Shown here: positions 18,758 through 27,173 of the stretch, piece after piece | Layout: every line of letters starts with the position of its first letter | Position numbering within the stretch: the first letter of the stretch is position 1 | IMG/VR virus record: IMGVR_UViG_3300027672_000042 | Location: 1 to 33,142 of that record | Direction: 5' to 3' (one strand) | Length of the DNA stretch: 33,142 nt | From: a virus | Taxonomy: Duplodnaviria > Caudoviricetes | Notes under the pieces: model-generated | What the model was told of the DNA's origin: nothing | Seen by the model: only the letters and a program-made list of their open reading frames with translations | Databases searched by the model: none | Program-made: the position numbers and the translations under genes

Positions 18758-19242
18758 TGGAAAATTTTCAAATGGATTTGTTTAATGAAGAAGAAGATAT
18801 TGTTTTTCAACAAGATTTTGAACTTGGAATAAAGGTGTGTACTCATTGTAAAAAAGAACTACCTGTAAAAGCATTTCCACTTTGGTCTAAAACTGCTTTT
18901 GGAGGAGAGATGAGAAGATCTGCATGTAGAGACTGTCAATCCAAACACGGTAAAATAATTGAAAAATTATATATGACAGCGCCACCTAAACCAAAAAATT
19001 GTCAGTGCTGTGGGGTAGAAGTCAAAGCTATTTTAAATAAAAAAAAATATAGTAATAGTGGTGTTTTACAATTAGATCACGAGCATGAAAAAGAAACATT
19101 TAGAGGATGGATTTGTTATGCATGTAACCAAGGAATTGGTAAGTTAGGTGATAATTTAGAAGGAGTTATAAAAGCTGTTTTATATTTATCAAAAAATAAC
19201 ATAGATTTAATTTTCAATATTATAAAAAAAATAAAAAAATGA
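18757..19242 (+). CDS. Endonuclease VII-like HNH nuclease with N-terminal Zn finger
   Basis: CTHC/CRDC, CQCC and LDHEH..FRGWICYACNQGIGKLGD motifs; ATG at 18757 overlaps the primase TGA. Confidence 0.85.
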   Translation: MENFQMDLFNEEEDIVFQQDFELGIKVCTHCKKELPVKAFPLWSKTAFGGEMRRSACRDCQSKHGKIIEKLYMTAPPKPKNCQCCGVEVKAILNKKKYSNSGVLQLDHEHEKETFRGWICYACNQGIGKLGDNLEGVIKAVLYLSKNNIDLIFNIIKKIKK

Positions 19243-20729
19243 GAACTATTGTATTAGGACCACCAGGCACCGGTAAGACTACAACTTTATTAAACAAAGT
19301 AAATTCTTATTTAAAAAACACGGATCCAGATAAGATTGGTTACTTTGCATTTACACAGAAAGCTGCTCACGAAGCACGAGACAGAGCTATAAGAGATTTT
19401 AATTTAACAGAAGAAGACCTTCCATATTTTAGAACCCTACACTCATTAGCATTTAGAAAACTTGGACTTAAAAAAGATCAAGTTATGCAGGGAAGACATT
19501 ACAAAGATCTTGGCAGCAAGCTAGGGTTTCCAGTAACTTACGCAGACTACCAGGAAGACCAGGGTGGTATCTTTACATCAGATAGTGAGTACCTTAGAAT
19601 TATACAGCTGGCACAACTTAGAAATATTACAGCAGAGCAGCAGTTTGATTTAGCTGAGCACACTCAGGATCTAGAGAGAGATCAACTTAGAATTATAGCT
19701 AACGAATTAATAAGATACAAAAAAGAATATAACTTAATAGATTTTAATGACATGATTTTAGATTTTACAAAATCAGATTTGTCACCAAAGTTTGATGTAG
19801 TGTTTATTGATGAAGCTCAAGATTTATCTTTGATGCAATGGGACATGGCTAGATCTATTTGGAATAAAACGGAAGACGCATTCATTGCTGGTGATGATGA
19901 CCAAGCTATTTTTAGATGGGCCGGTGCTGATGTAGATTCTTTTATAACTTTAAAAGGTGAGTATTACCCACTTACACAGTCTTATAGAATACCAGCTAAG
20001 GTTCACAACTTAGCTATGGGTATAATTAATAAAATTAAAAATAGAATTGATAAGACATGGAAACCAAAAATTAATGAAGGCACACTACAGAGACATTTTG
20101 ATGTTGATAGCATAGACATGACAAAAGGAGATTGGTTGGTGTTAAGTAGAACTAGACACATGTTAAATGACATAGAGGAATCTTTGTACAGGCAGGGTTT
20201 GTATTATAATAATAGATATAAAAGAACTAATGAAAAAGATTTACAAGAATGTGCTGTTGATTGGGAACACGCAAGAAAAGGTTCTCCACTATCCTTTAAA
20301 CAAGTAGAAAAAATATCAAAACAAATGAGTAGTGAGAACTGGGATAAGAATAAAATTAAAGGTATGACTAAAGGAGCTTTCCATGACATGGATTCTCTAC
20401 AGAGAGATTTTGGTTTAAAAGTAAACTCAGTTTGGTACGAAGCGTTTGATGAAGCGGGTCAAACTAAAATAGAATATTTACGTAAAATGAGAAGGAACGG
20501 AGAAAAATTAAATGAGAAACCTAGAATAGAATTATCTACGATACATGCAGCAAAAGGTGGTGAAGCTACCAATGTTGTTCTTTTAACTGACCTTACACAA
20601 AACACTATGAAAGGTTATGAAAGAAATCCAGATGATGAAAACAGACTATTTTATGTAGGCGCAACACGTACAAAAGAAAACTTACATATTGTAGAACCCA
20701 AAAAATATGAAAAAGGATATATATTATAA
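19239..20729 (+). CDS. SF1 (UvrD/Rep-like) DNA helicase
   Basis: GPPGTGKT, IDEAQD, GDDDQAIF, QSYR, STIHAAKGGE and YVGATR motifs. Confidence 0.9.
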   Translation: MRTIVLGPPGTGKTTTLLNKVNSYLKNTDPDKIGYFAFTQKAAHEARDRAIRDFNLTEEDLPYFRTLHSLAFRKLGLKKDQVMQGRHYKDLGSKLGFPVTYADYQEDQGGIFTSDSEYLRIIQLAQLRNITAEQQFDLAEHTQDLERDQLRIIANELIRYKKEYNLIDFNDMILDFTKSDLSPKFDVVFIDEAQDLSLMQWDMARSIWNKTEDAFIAGDDDQAIFRWAGADVDSFITLKGEYYPLTQSYRIPAKVHNLAMGIINKIKNRIDKTWKPKINEGTLQRHFDVDSIDMTKGDWLVLSRTRHMLNDIEESLYRQGLYYNNRYKRTNEKDLQECAVDWEHARKGSPLSFKQVEKISKQMSSENWDKNKIKGMTKGAFHDMDSLQRDFGLKVNSVWYEAFDEAGQTKIEYLRKMRRNGEKLNEKPRIELSTIHAAKGGEATNVVLLTDLTQNTMKGYERNPDDENRLFYVGATRTKENLHIVEPKKYEKGYIL

Positions 20730-20827
20730 TGTGTGAATGTAATTACTGCATAAATATGAGAATGACAGCTGAGATGAGTGTAGCTGTTTTTATAACATGT
20801 GTATTAACAATAAGGTGGTTTTTATGA
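20729..20827 (+). CDS. 32-aa Cys-containing hydrophobic micro-ORF (not in ORF track)
   Basis: MCECNYCINMRMTAEMSVAVFITCVLTIRWFL*; TAATG and ATGA overlaps fill the gap exactly. Confidence 0.55.
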   Translation: MCECNYCINMRMTAEMSVAVFITCVLTIRWFL

Positions 20828-21042
20828 GCACCTATGACAAACAAGTGGGAGGTTCTCATTACAAAGACATGGCCATCCAACCAGCAGACTTTATAAACAA
20901 AAACAATTTACAATTCGCGGAAGGTAATGCTATTAAATATATTTGTAGACATCAGTCGAAAGGAAAGTTACAAGATATAGAGAAAGCAATACACTACTTA
21001 GAAATGATAAAGGAAAGGGATTATGCAGATACCACTATTTAA
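20824..21042 (+). CDS. DUF3310-family protein
   Basis: QVGGSHY...GNAIKYICR...KG..QDIEKAIHYL; likely start ATG 20824. Confidence 0.85.
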   Translation: MSTYDKQVGGSHYKDMAIQPADFINKNNLQFAEGNAIKYICRHQSKGKLQDIEKAIHYLEMIKERDYADTTI

Positions 21043-22876
21043 ACCTCAGACAGAATGGTTACCACCGGAAAGTTTTCCAGACTTATCAAAGTATGATGAG
21101 ATTGCAATTGACTTAGAAACTAAAGATCCAGATTTAATGAAGATGGGCTCAGGCTCAGTTGTAGGCAACGGCGACGTTGTAGGAATTGCACTAGCTGTAG
21201 AAGGTTGGCGTGGTTACTATCCTATTGCACACGAAGGTGGTGGGAACATGGACCGTAAGAAAGTTTTGAAATGGTTTCAAGAAGTTTTAAATTTACCTGC
21301 AGATAAAATCTTCCACAACGCCATGTATGACGTTGCTTGGATTCGAGCTTTAGGTTTAAGTATTAACGGAAGAGTAATCGATACAATGATTGCATCGGCT
21401 TTAGTTGATGAAAATCAAATGCGTTATGACTTAAATAGCTGTGCTAAAAGATACACTGGCAAAGGTAAAAATGAAAGTGATTTATATGCAGCAGCAAAAG
21501 ATTGGGGGGTTGACGCTAAAGCAGAAATGTATAAACTACCTGCCATTTATGTTGGCGCTTATGCAGAACAAGATGCGTCTGTTACACTAGACCTTTGGAA
21601 ACAACTTAAACAAGAAATAGATATTCAAGATATAAAATCTATCTTCGATCTCGAGACTCAACTCTTTCCCTGCCTCGTCGATATGAAATTCTTAGGTGTC
21701 CGTGTAGACGTCCAAGGAGCCAGCCAATTGAAGAAACAACTTGTTGAAGAAGAACAAGCAGTATTACTCCAAGTAAAAAAGGAAACAGGAATAGATACTC
21801 AAATATGGGCAGCACGATCGATTGCCCAAGTTTTTGACAAACTAAATTTAGATTATGACAGAACCGAGAAATCACAGGCACCCTCTTTTACTAAAAACTT
21901 TTTGCAAAATCATCCTCACCCATTGGTGAATAAGATTGCTCAGGCTCGTGAAATTAATAAAGCTCATACTACGTTCATTGATACCATATTAAAACATTCT
22001 CATAAAGGTAGAATTCATGCTGATATCAATCAACTTAGATCAGATAATGGCGGAACTGTGACAGGAAGGTTCAGTTATTCTAACCCTAATTTACAGCAAA
22101 TTCCAGCACGGAACAAGGACCTCGGACCTAAGATCAGAGGCTTATTTATCCCTGAGGAAGGCCATAGATGGGGTTGTTTTGACTATTCTCAACAAGAGCC
22201 TAGACTGGTGGTACATTATTCAGCTTTACAGAATTTGTATGGTGTTGGTGATGTATTAGATTCTTATAATAATGATCCGGACACAGACTTTCACACGATT
22301 GTAGCTGACATGGCTCAAATACCTAGATCACAAGCTAAGACAATTAACTTAGGACTATTTTATGGTATGGGTAAAAATAAATTACAAGCAGAACTTGGTA
22401 TATCTAAGGATAAAGCTAATGATTTATTTAAACAATACCATGCTAAAGTTCCATTTGTAAAACAGATGATGGATAATGTTAGTCAACGAGCACAAAGTGC
22501 GGGTAGGGTTAGAACTTTACTTGGACGGCTATGTAGGTTCCATTTGTGGGAACCCAATCAGTTCGGGATACATAAATCCTTGCCTCATGATGCAGCGCTC
22601 CTGGAACACGGACCAGGGATCAAGCGTGCGTTCACTTACAAAGCTTTAAACAAATTAATTCAAGGTAGTGCAGCCGATATGACTAAAAAAGCTATGATTG
22701 ATTTGTATAATGAAGGCATTATACCACACATTCAAGTGCATGATGAGTTAGATATTTCAGTAGAAAGTCCTGAAAAAGCTAAGAAAATTATTGAGATAAT
22801 GGAAAATGCTGTTAAATTAGAAGTTCCCAACAAAGTTGATTATGAATCTGGAGACAATTGGGGTAATATAAAATGA
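21023..22876 (+). CDS. polA: Family A DNA polymerase with 3'-5' exonuclease (Leu762 type)
   Basis: Exonuclease motifs DLET, HNAMYD and YAEQD; polymerase motifs TGRFS, DYSQQEPR, KTINLGLFYG, IQGSAAD and VHDEL. Confidence 0.95.
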   Translation: MQIPLFKPQTEWLPPESFPDLSKYDEIAIDLETKDPDLMKMGSGSVVGNGDVVGIALAVEGWRGYYPIAHEGGGNMDRKKVLKWFQEVLNLPADKIFHNAMYDVAWIRALGLSINGRVIDTMIASALVDENQMRYDLNSCAKRYTGKGKNESDLYAAAKDWGVDAKAEMYKLPAIYVGAYAEQDASVTLDLWKQLKQEIDIQDIKSIFDLETQLFPCLVDMKFLGVRVDVQGASQLKKQLVEEEQAVLLQVKKETGIDTQIWAARSIAQVFDKLNLDYDRTEKSQAPSFTKNFLQNHPHPLVNKIAQAREINKAHTTFIDTILKHSHKGRIHADINQLRSDNGGTVTGRFSYSNPNLQQIPARNKDLGPKIRGLFIPEEGHRWGCFDYSQQEPRLVVHYSALQNLYGVGDVLDSYNNDPDTDFHTIVADMAQIPRSQAKTINLGLFYGMGKNKLQAELGISKDKANDLFKQYHAKVPFVKQMMDNVSQRAQSAGRVRTLLGRLCRFHLWEPNQFGIHKSLPHDAALLEHGPGIKRAFTYKALNKLIQGSAADMTKKAMIDLYNEGIIPHIQVHDELDISVESPEKAKKIIEIMENAVKLEVPNKVDYESGDNWGNIK

Positions 22877-22882
22877 TAAATT

Positions 22883-23545
22883 ATGGCTTACTTAAATGCA
22901 AATATACCTATACAATACTCACAAATAAAAAGGGAGTATTTATATGATCTTAAAAAACATAAAGGCGAAGTGGAAGACTGTATCATCTTTGGTATTACCA
23001 GCATGTCTGGGCGTGCAATATTATTTCATGCTATTATGGAGAACGGTGCAATATTTTATCGCTTACCAATTGCGGCTTTTATTCAACGTGGTTTTCAACC
23101 GGAAACTGTTCCATATAGACGACTTGATGAACTTGAGCTTTGGAATTCTTTTAGTTATTATCCTGCTATTACTGTATGGGATCTCATAAGCGCATCTTCC
23201 GGTAAATACATTGGTAAAGATAAAAAGTGGCATCACGGAAAATATTTATTTACAGTTGACTGGGCACATCCAGATGCTAATATATTAAACTCTGATCATT
23301 CAGAAATTCCGCACGAACATAAGTGCGCTCACATAATTGCCTTAGATGATGGTAACTATGCGGCTCAGCCAAACAATAGAGTAATTTGGGATCTACCTTC
23401 TTTTACAGTTAAGGACACTACTCCTGACTGGAAGGTGCAGACTTCGACATGGAATGTTGAAGACTCTGGACAATGGAGAACCGAAGATACTGATAACTTT
23501 TTTTATGAGATAGAAGAAAAAACAAATGGAAAACAAAAAAAATAA
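22883..23545 (+). CDS. Hypothetical protein
   Basis: 220 aa; YLFTVDW, EHKCAH and GNYAAQPNNR motifs; follows polA. Confidence 0.75.
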   Translation: MAYLNANIPIQYSQIKREYLYDLKKHKGEVEDCIIFGITSMSGRAILFHAIMENGAIFYRLPIAAFIQRGFQPETVPYRRLDELELWNSFSYYPAITVWDLISASSGKYIGKDKKWHHGKYLFTVDWAHPDANILNSDHSEIPHEHKCAHIIALDDGNYAAQPNNRVIWDLPSFTVKDTTPDWKVQTSTWNVEDSGQWRTEDTDNFFYEIEEKTNGKQKK

Positions 23546-23684
23546 AAATGAATGTAAAAAATGCGGTCATGAATGTCATTGTCTGGATGACTTCCACTCG
23601 GATGTGTACGGTCTTTGTTCTTGTGATCCTTGTGAGTGTAGTGATCCTAAAAATCAAGGGGAAGAGTGTTTGTCATGTCAATAG
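23526..23684 (+). CDS. 52-aa Cys/His-rich metallothionein-like microprotein (not in ORF track)
   Basis: MENKKNKNECKKCGHECHCLDDFHSDVYGLCSCDPCECSDPKNQGEECLSCQ*; 10 Cys and 3 His. Confidence 0.7.
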   Translation: MENKKNKNECKKCGHECHCLDDFHSDVYGLCSCDPCECSDPKNQGEECLSCQ

Positions 23685-24028
23685 CGGAACTCTTAAAAAA
23701 GAACTTTGTATTGGTTCCAGTAATAGCGTCAATTTTAGTTGGAACGTTTACGGGCGTTAAATATATCGTTAGTCTTACAGAGACTATTAATAAAAACAAA
23801 GATCAAATAGCTATCATAAACGATACTCATTTAAAAAATCAAATTGGATACATAGCTAGAATACAAGAAAATCAAAGCCATTTATTATTAAATATAGAAA
23901 CCAATAAAGGTAATACAATTGTTACAAATGATAAACTTAAAACAATGGAAGAAAAAATAAAACAAATGGAAAACGATTTTAAAAGTTTTTTAATTATGCG
24001 TAGTACATTAACAGGAGACAATAATTAA
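23675..24028 (+). CDS. N-terminal TM plus coiled-coil membrane protein
   Basis: FVLVPVIASILVGTFTGVKYIV; likely start ATG 23675. Confidence 0.65.
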   Translation: MSIAELLKKNFVLVPVIASILVGTFTGVKYIVSLTETINKNKDQIAIINDTHLKNQIGYIARIQENQSHLLLNIETNKGNTIVTNDKLKTMEEKIKQMENDFKSFLIMRSTLTGDNN

Positions 24029-24029
24029 T

Positions 24030-24116
24030 ATGGAGTGTTTGTATATGAACTATTATTTTACAGGGTTTTTAATTATAGCTTTTATAATATTAACAGTTAT
24101 TGTAGCACCAGTATGA
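24030..24116 (+). CDS. 28-aa single-TM peptide (not in ORF track)
   Basis: MECLYMNYYFTGFLIIAFIILTVIVAPV*; stop overlaps the next ATG (ATGA); alternative start at 24045. Confidence 0.6.
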   Translation: MECLYMNYYFTGFLIIAFIILTVIVAPV

Positions 24117-24478
24117 AAATATCGGATAAAACTACAATAGGCATGCCACTTAAAAACATGGTGTCTATTATGGCAGCTGTGGCTGTAGGTGTGTATGGTT
24201 ACTTTGAGCTGACTGCTAGATTAACTAGCCTTGAGACATCAAGACAATTATTTAATGCAGACTTGCTTAAAAAAAGTGAGCAGTTACCGACCGATCAGGA
24301 ACAATTTATGTTGATAGAAGGTTTGTACAAAGCAACAGAAAAATTAGAGATAACTCAAGAACAAAATATGACTAACAAGGTTAATATACAATTTCTTAAT
24401 AAGCAACTAGAAAAAGCAATATTAGATATAGAGAGATTAAAAGATAAGGTTAGAGCAAATGGTAATGGGGACCACTAA
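24113..24478 (+). CDS. N-terminal TM plus coiled-coil membrane protein
   Basis: MKISDKTTIG...MVSIMAAVAVGVYGYF; start at 24113 preferred over the track's 24035. Confidence 0.65.
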   Translation: MKISDKTTIGMPLKNMVSIMAAVAVGVYGYFELTARLTSLETSRQLFNADLLKKSEQLPTDQEQFMLIEGLYKATEKLEITQEQNMTNKVNIQFLNKQLEKAILDIERLKDKVRANGNGDH

Positions 24479-24688
24479 ATGACAGAGATTGTTGTAGCTC
24501 TTTTAATGATCGTTTCCGGAGAAATTAAGGAACATCGAATACAAGAGTCTATGTCTAAATGTTTAAAAGGTAAAAGAATTGCTATGCGGTCAGCAAGTTC
24601 TAATGTAGAGTACCACTGTTTAAAATCGAAAGCAGAAACAGTAATTTATATGGGCGAGAAATCAATTGTTAAATTAATATTAAAATAA
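24479..24688 (+). CDS. Small protein with hydrophobic N-terminus and two Cys
   Basis: 69 aa; IVVALLMIV...CLKGKR...YHC. Confidence 0.65.
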   Translation: MTEIVVALLMIVSGEIKEHRIQESMSKCLKGKRIAMRSASSNVEYHCLKSKAETVIYMGEKSIVKLILK

Positions 24689-24700
24689 TGAAAGGTAAAA

Positions 24701-24841
24701 ATGACAACAAATAAAAAAACTTTAGAAAAACACAGTCAACACCATAGTGCTAAACATATGAAACAAATGAAAAAAGATATGAAAAAAGGTGATAGTTTTA
24801 AAAAAGCTCATGTTAAAGCTCTTAAAAAAGTAGGTAAATAA
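24701..24841 (+). CDS. 46-aa Lys/His-rich basic protein (not in ORF track)
   Basis: MTTNKKTLEKHSQHHSAKHMKQMKKDMKKGDSFKKAHVKALKKVGK*; AAAGG SD and TAATG coupling. Confidence 0.7.
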   Translation: MTTNKKTLEKHSQHHSAKHMKQMKKDMKKGDSFKKAHVKALKKVGK

Positions 24842-25056
24842 TGAATAAAAGTATAAAATTTCATCCTGAAGTTGTAAAAGGCGAATGCCCTACGTGTACA
24901 GAAATTACAATGTTAGTTGGACTTACTCATGATTTTTATAGATGTATGAGTTGTGGCGCAGACCTAGAGCAACATGTTAATGGTAAAATAAGTTACTTAC
25001 CTGTTATGCAATCTCGTACCGATGGTGGTACACCTTACGTTAAGGAGTGGAAGTAA
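24841..25056 (+). CDS. Zn-ribbon protein
   Basis: CPTC...CMSC. Confidence 0.7.
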   Translation: MNKSIKFHPEVVKGECPTCTEITMLVGLTHDFYRCMSCGADLEQHVNGKISYLPVMQSRTDGGTPYVKEWK

Positions 25057-25193
25057 TGGCTAAAAAAACAGGTGGTGAACACGCACCCCGTGACAAACCT
25101 AAAAAACGTCCTAAAAAACATAAAAAATCCCTATCAAAATCTGAGAAAAGAAACAACAAAAATAAAAAATATAAAGGTCAAGGAAGGGGTTGA
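25056..25193 (+). CDS. 45-aa highly basic protein ending KKYKGQGRG (not in ORF track)
   Basis: AAGGAG SD and TAATG coupling. Confidence 0.7.
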   Translation: MAKKTGGEHAPRDKPKKRPKKHKKSLSKSEKRNNKNKKYKGQGRG

Positions 25194-25218
25194 CAAATAT
25201 CCTTTGATATCCTATATA
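25190..25218 (+). promoter_or_regulatory. Promoter TTGACA-N17-TATATA with two ATCCT boxes
   Basis: ATCCT at 25199-25203 and 25209-25213. Confidence 0.7.
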
Positions 25219-25255
25219 TAAGACATGAAAGAAATAACAAATAGAAAGGAAAACA

Positions 25256-25486
25256 ATGAGAAGAACTAGTAAACATATGGCAATCCGTAGACATAACGGA
25301 GCTGAAGATCGTTATGCTAAAGGCATTCATTTTGACATAAGAATGGAAGGATGCTGTTATGTAACTATGCAGACTAATGCAGGTCCACTAGAAGTTTATA
25401 TAGATTCTATGGATGGGTTAACTGATCCACCAATGGTACGTGCATCAATACCTGGTAGAAAAGATAAGGAGATAAATTTAAAATGA
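25256..25486 (+). CDS. Hypothetical protein
   Basis: 76 aa; AAAGGA SD. Confidence 0.65.
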   Translation: MRRTSKHMAIRRHNGAEDRYAKGIHFDIRMEGCCYVTMQTNAGPLEVYIDSMDGLTDPPMVRASIPGRKDKEINLK

Positions 25487-25848
25487 AAAAAGTAAAAGAA
25501 ATAACAATATACGATACGTTAAGACATGAAATTAAACAATTAAAAGAAGAAGCCAGAATCTTTAACGTTTATAAAAAATTAATTTTAACAGCTGTTAAAT
25601 CTGAATACGATCCAAAAGATGTAATAGAGGGTTTAAGATTTGCTGCTAAATTAATTAAAGAAAAAAAATGGAGTATACTAGAAAAGGTAGGCGGAACATC
25701 CGGTGACTTGATGGTAAGAGGTGAGTGCTCTAAATGTGGAATTAATTTGGTAGGTAAAGGCCCTACACCAAGAAATTTTACATTACCTTGTTTAATAAAA
25801 AAATGTACTTATAATATAGAAACCAACAACGTGAAAGGAATACAATGA
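25483..25848 (+). CDS. Hypothetical protein with C-terminal Cys motifs
   Basis: 121 aa; CSKC...CLIKKC; AAGGAG SD. Confidence 0.65.
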   Translation: MKKVKEITIYDTLRHEIKQLKEEARIFNVYKKLILTAVKSEYDPKDVIEGLRFAAKLIKEKKWSILEKVGGTSGDLMVRGECSKCGINLVGKGPTPRNFTLPCLIKKCTYNIETNNVKGIQ

Positions 25849-26090
25849 ATATAAAAGACGTAAAAAAATGGGTTGATACTGCAGAGATAGGTTCTTCAGC
25901 TGTTTACTATACTGGTAATTTAGCAGAGGATAGATGTTATGACAAAAGTATTGCAATTGTACCCAATGCATTTGCAGACTATGCTAAAGAAAAAACAGTA
26001 GAGTTTTTTCAAAAAAGAAAAACGAAAATGGATAAATCAAAAACACCTAAAAAACCTATTTTTGATTACATAGTTAGAAAAATAGTATGA
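25845..26090 (+). CDS. Hypothetical protein
   Basis: 81 aa; YYTGNLAEDR; ATGA coupling. Confidence 0.65.
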   Translation: MNIKDVKKWVDTAEIGSSAVYYTGNLAEDRCYDKSIAIVPNAFADYAKEKTVEFFQKRKTKMDKSKTPKKPIFDYIVRKIV

Positions 26091-26275
26091 AAACATTAAC
26101 TATAACTTCTAAAGACATTAATAAAAAACAATGGTCTAATTTAATTTTAGAATTAAACCTTGTTAAAAAAGCCTGGTCTTCCTATGCAACTTTAGAGTTG
26201 CAGGGACATGGTGTTAAAAAGATCGTGGCACATGGAACACGGAACTTTGACTCAAGAGTCATGGAAGATGAGTAA
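26087..26275 (+). CDS. Hypothetical protein
   Basis: 62 aa; ATGA coupling. Confidence 0.65.
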   Translation: MKTLTITSKDINKKQWSNLILELNLVKKAWSSYATLELQGHGVKKIVAHGTRNFDSRVMEDE

Positions 26276-26481
26276 TGGAATTGATAATTTTGAACGACGG
26301 ATTTTATCAATTAATTCCTGTGTCAAAAACGATGATGGAACATATACATTTATTGGTACCAGTAGACTGCATGGATCTGTGCGCAATTCTTCGAGAAAAA
26401 TTAAGCGAGTACATCGACAGTTTAAATATACATGTCATGAATAATGGTAGTGGTACTTTTGTAGGCTGTATTTGTAATTAA
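26275..26481 (+). CDS. Hypothetical protein with Cys pairs
   Basis: 68 aa; CMDLC and GCICN; TAATG coupling. Confidence 0.6.
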   Translation: MELIILNDGFYQLIPVSKTMMEHIHLLVPVDCMDLCAILREKLSEYIDSLNIHVMNNGSGTFVGCICN

Positions 26482-26696
26482 ATAATTTTATCTTCTTCAC
26501 AGGAAAACTTAGTATAAACTTCCATACTATTGGTCCATTCTGGATCAAATCCTGCTATTAATTTTTTTGAGTACCCATAACCATAAACTATACAGTTACT
26601 ATAATCATCAAATAAAACTTGAGGGGTGGGGATAACTTTGCAACTATTCTCAATTATTCCACTACATAAAACCATTAATAAAACTATTTTTGTCAT
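26478..26696 (-). CDS. Small exported/membrane-anchored protein with four Cys
   Basis: MTKIVLLMVLCSG...; AAAGGA SD before ATG 26696. Confidence 0.6.
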   Translation of the reverse strand: MTKIVLLMVLCSGIIENSCKVIPTPQVLFDDYSNCIVYGYGYSKKLIAGFDPEWTNSMEVYTKFSCEEDKII

Positions 26697-26726
26697 TGAC
26701 AAATCCTTTGTAACATCCTATATAAT
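26696..26726 (+). promoter_or_regulatory. Promoter TTGACA-N17-TATATA(AT) with two ATCCT boxes
   Basis: TTGACAAATCCTTTGTAACATCCTATATAAT; similar to the promoter at 25190. Confidence 0.7.
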
Positions 26727-26751
26727 CATTATAAATAAATGAAAGGTTAAA

Positions 26752-26925
26752 ATGACTGATATAAGTAAATATAGAAATGTATCATTAACACATGATACTT
26801 ACAAGACATTGATAAAGTTGTCTAAAATCCTATTACCGGATGCGACATTATCGATAAGTAAAACCATTGAATCAATTGCAAATGAAAGGGCGAAGAAATT
26901 AAATGGAAAATTTAAAAAAGCGTAG
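26752..26925 (+). CDS. 57-aa ribbon-helix-helix-like DNA-binding protein (not in ORF track)
   Basis: MTDISKYRNVSLTHDTYKTLIKLSKILLPDATLSISKTIESIANERAKK; strand-helix-helix pattern; AAAGG SD. Confidence 0.6.
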   Translation: MTDISKYRNVSLTHDTYKTLIKLSKILLPDATLSISKTIESIANERAKKLNGKFKKA

Positions 26926-27157
26926 ACACAAGGCAATCTGTCCTGATTGTAATGGAAATGGTTACAAACAATTTCAAATACAAAAAGATGGAAAGTTAAA
27001 CGAAGATAAGAAAAGCAGAGAGCATGTAATACTACAATGTGATATATGTGACTCGGAAGGAGAAATCTATGTGGATGAGTCCGAAATTGTGGAGTCTTAT
27101 ATCGATGCTAATAATTTGGCAGATGATGAACATATTGATAAACCTACTATAAACTAA
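26903..27157 (+). CDS. DnaJ-type Zn-finger small protein
   Basis: CPDCNGNG...CDICDSEG. Confidence 0.7.
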   Translation: MENLKKRRHKAICPDCNGNGYKQFQIQKDGKLNEDKKSREHVILQCDICDSEGEIYVDESEIVESYIDANNLADDEHIDKPTIN

Positions 27158-27173
27158 TGAAAGGAATAAAATA

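Noticed and set aside
23548-23760. Track ORF of 70 aa
   Set aside because: It is a shadow frame of the Cys-rich ORF 23526-23684 and overlaps the next gene extensively.
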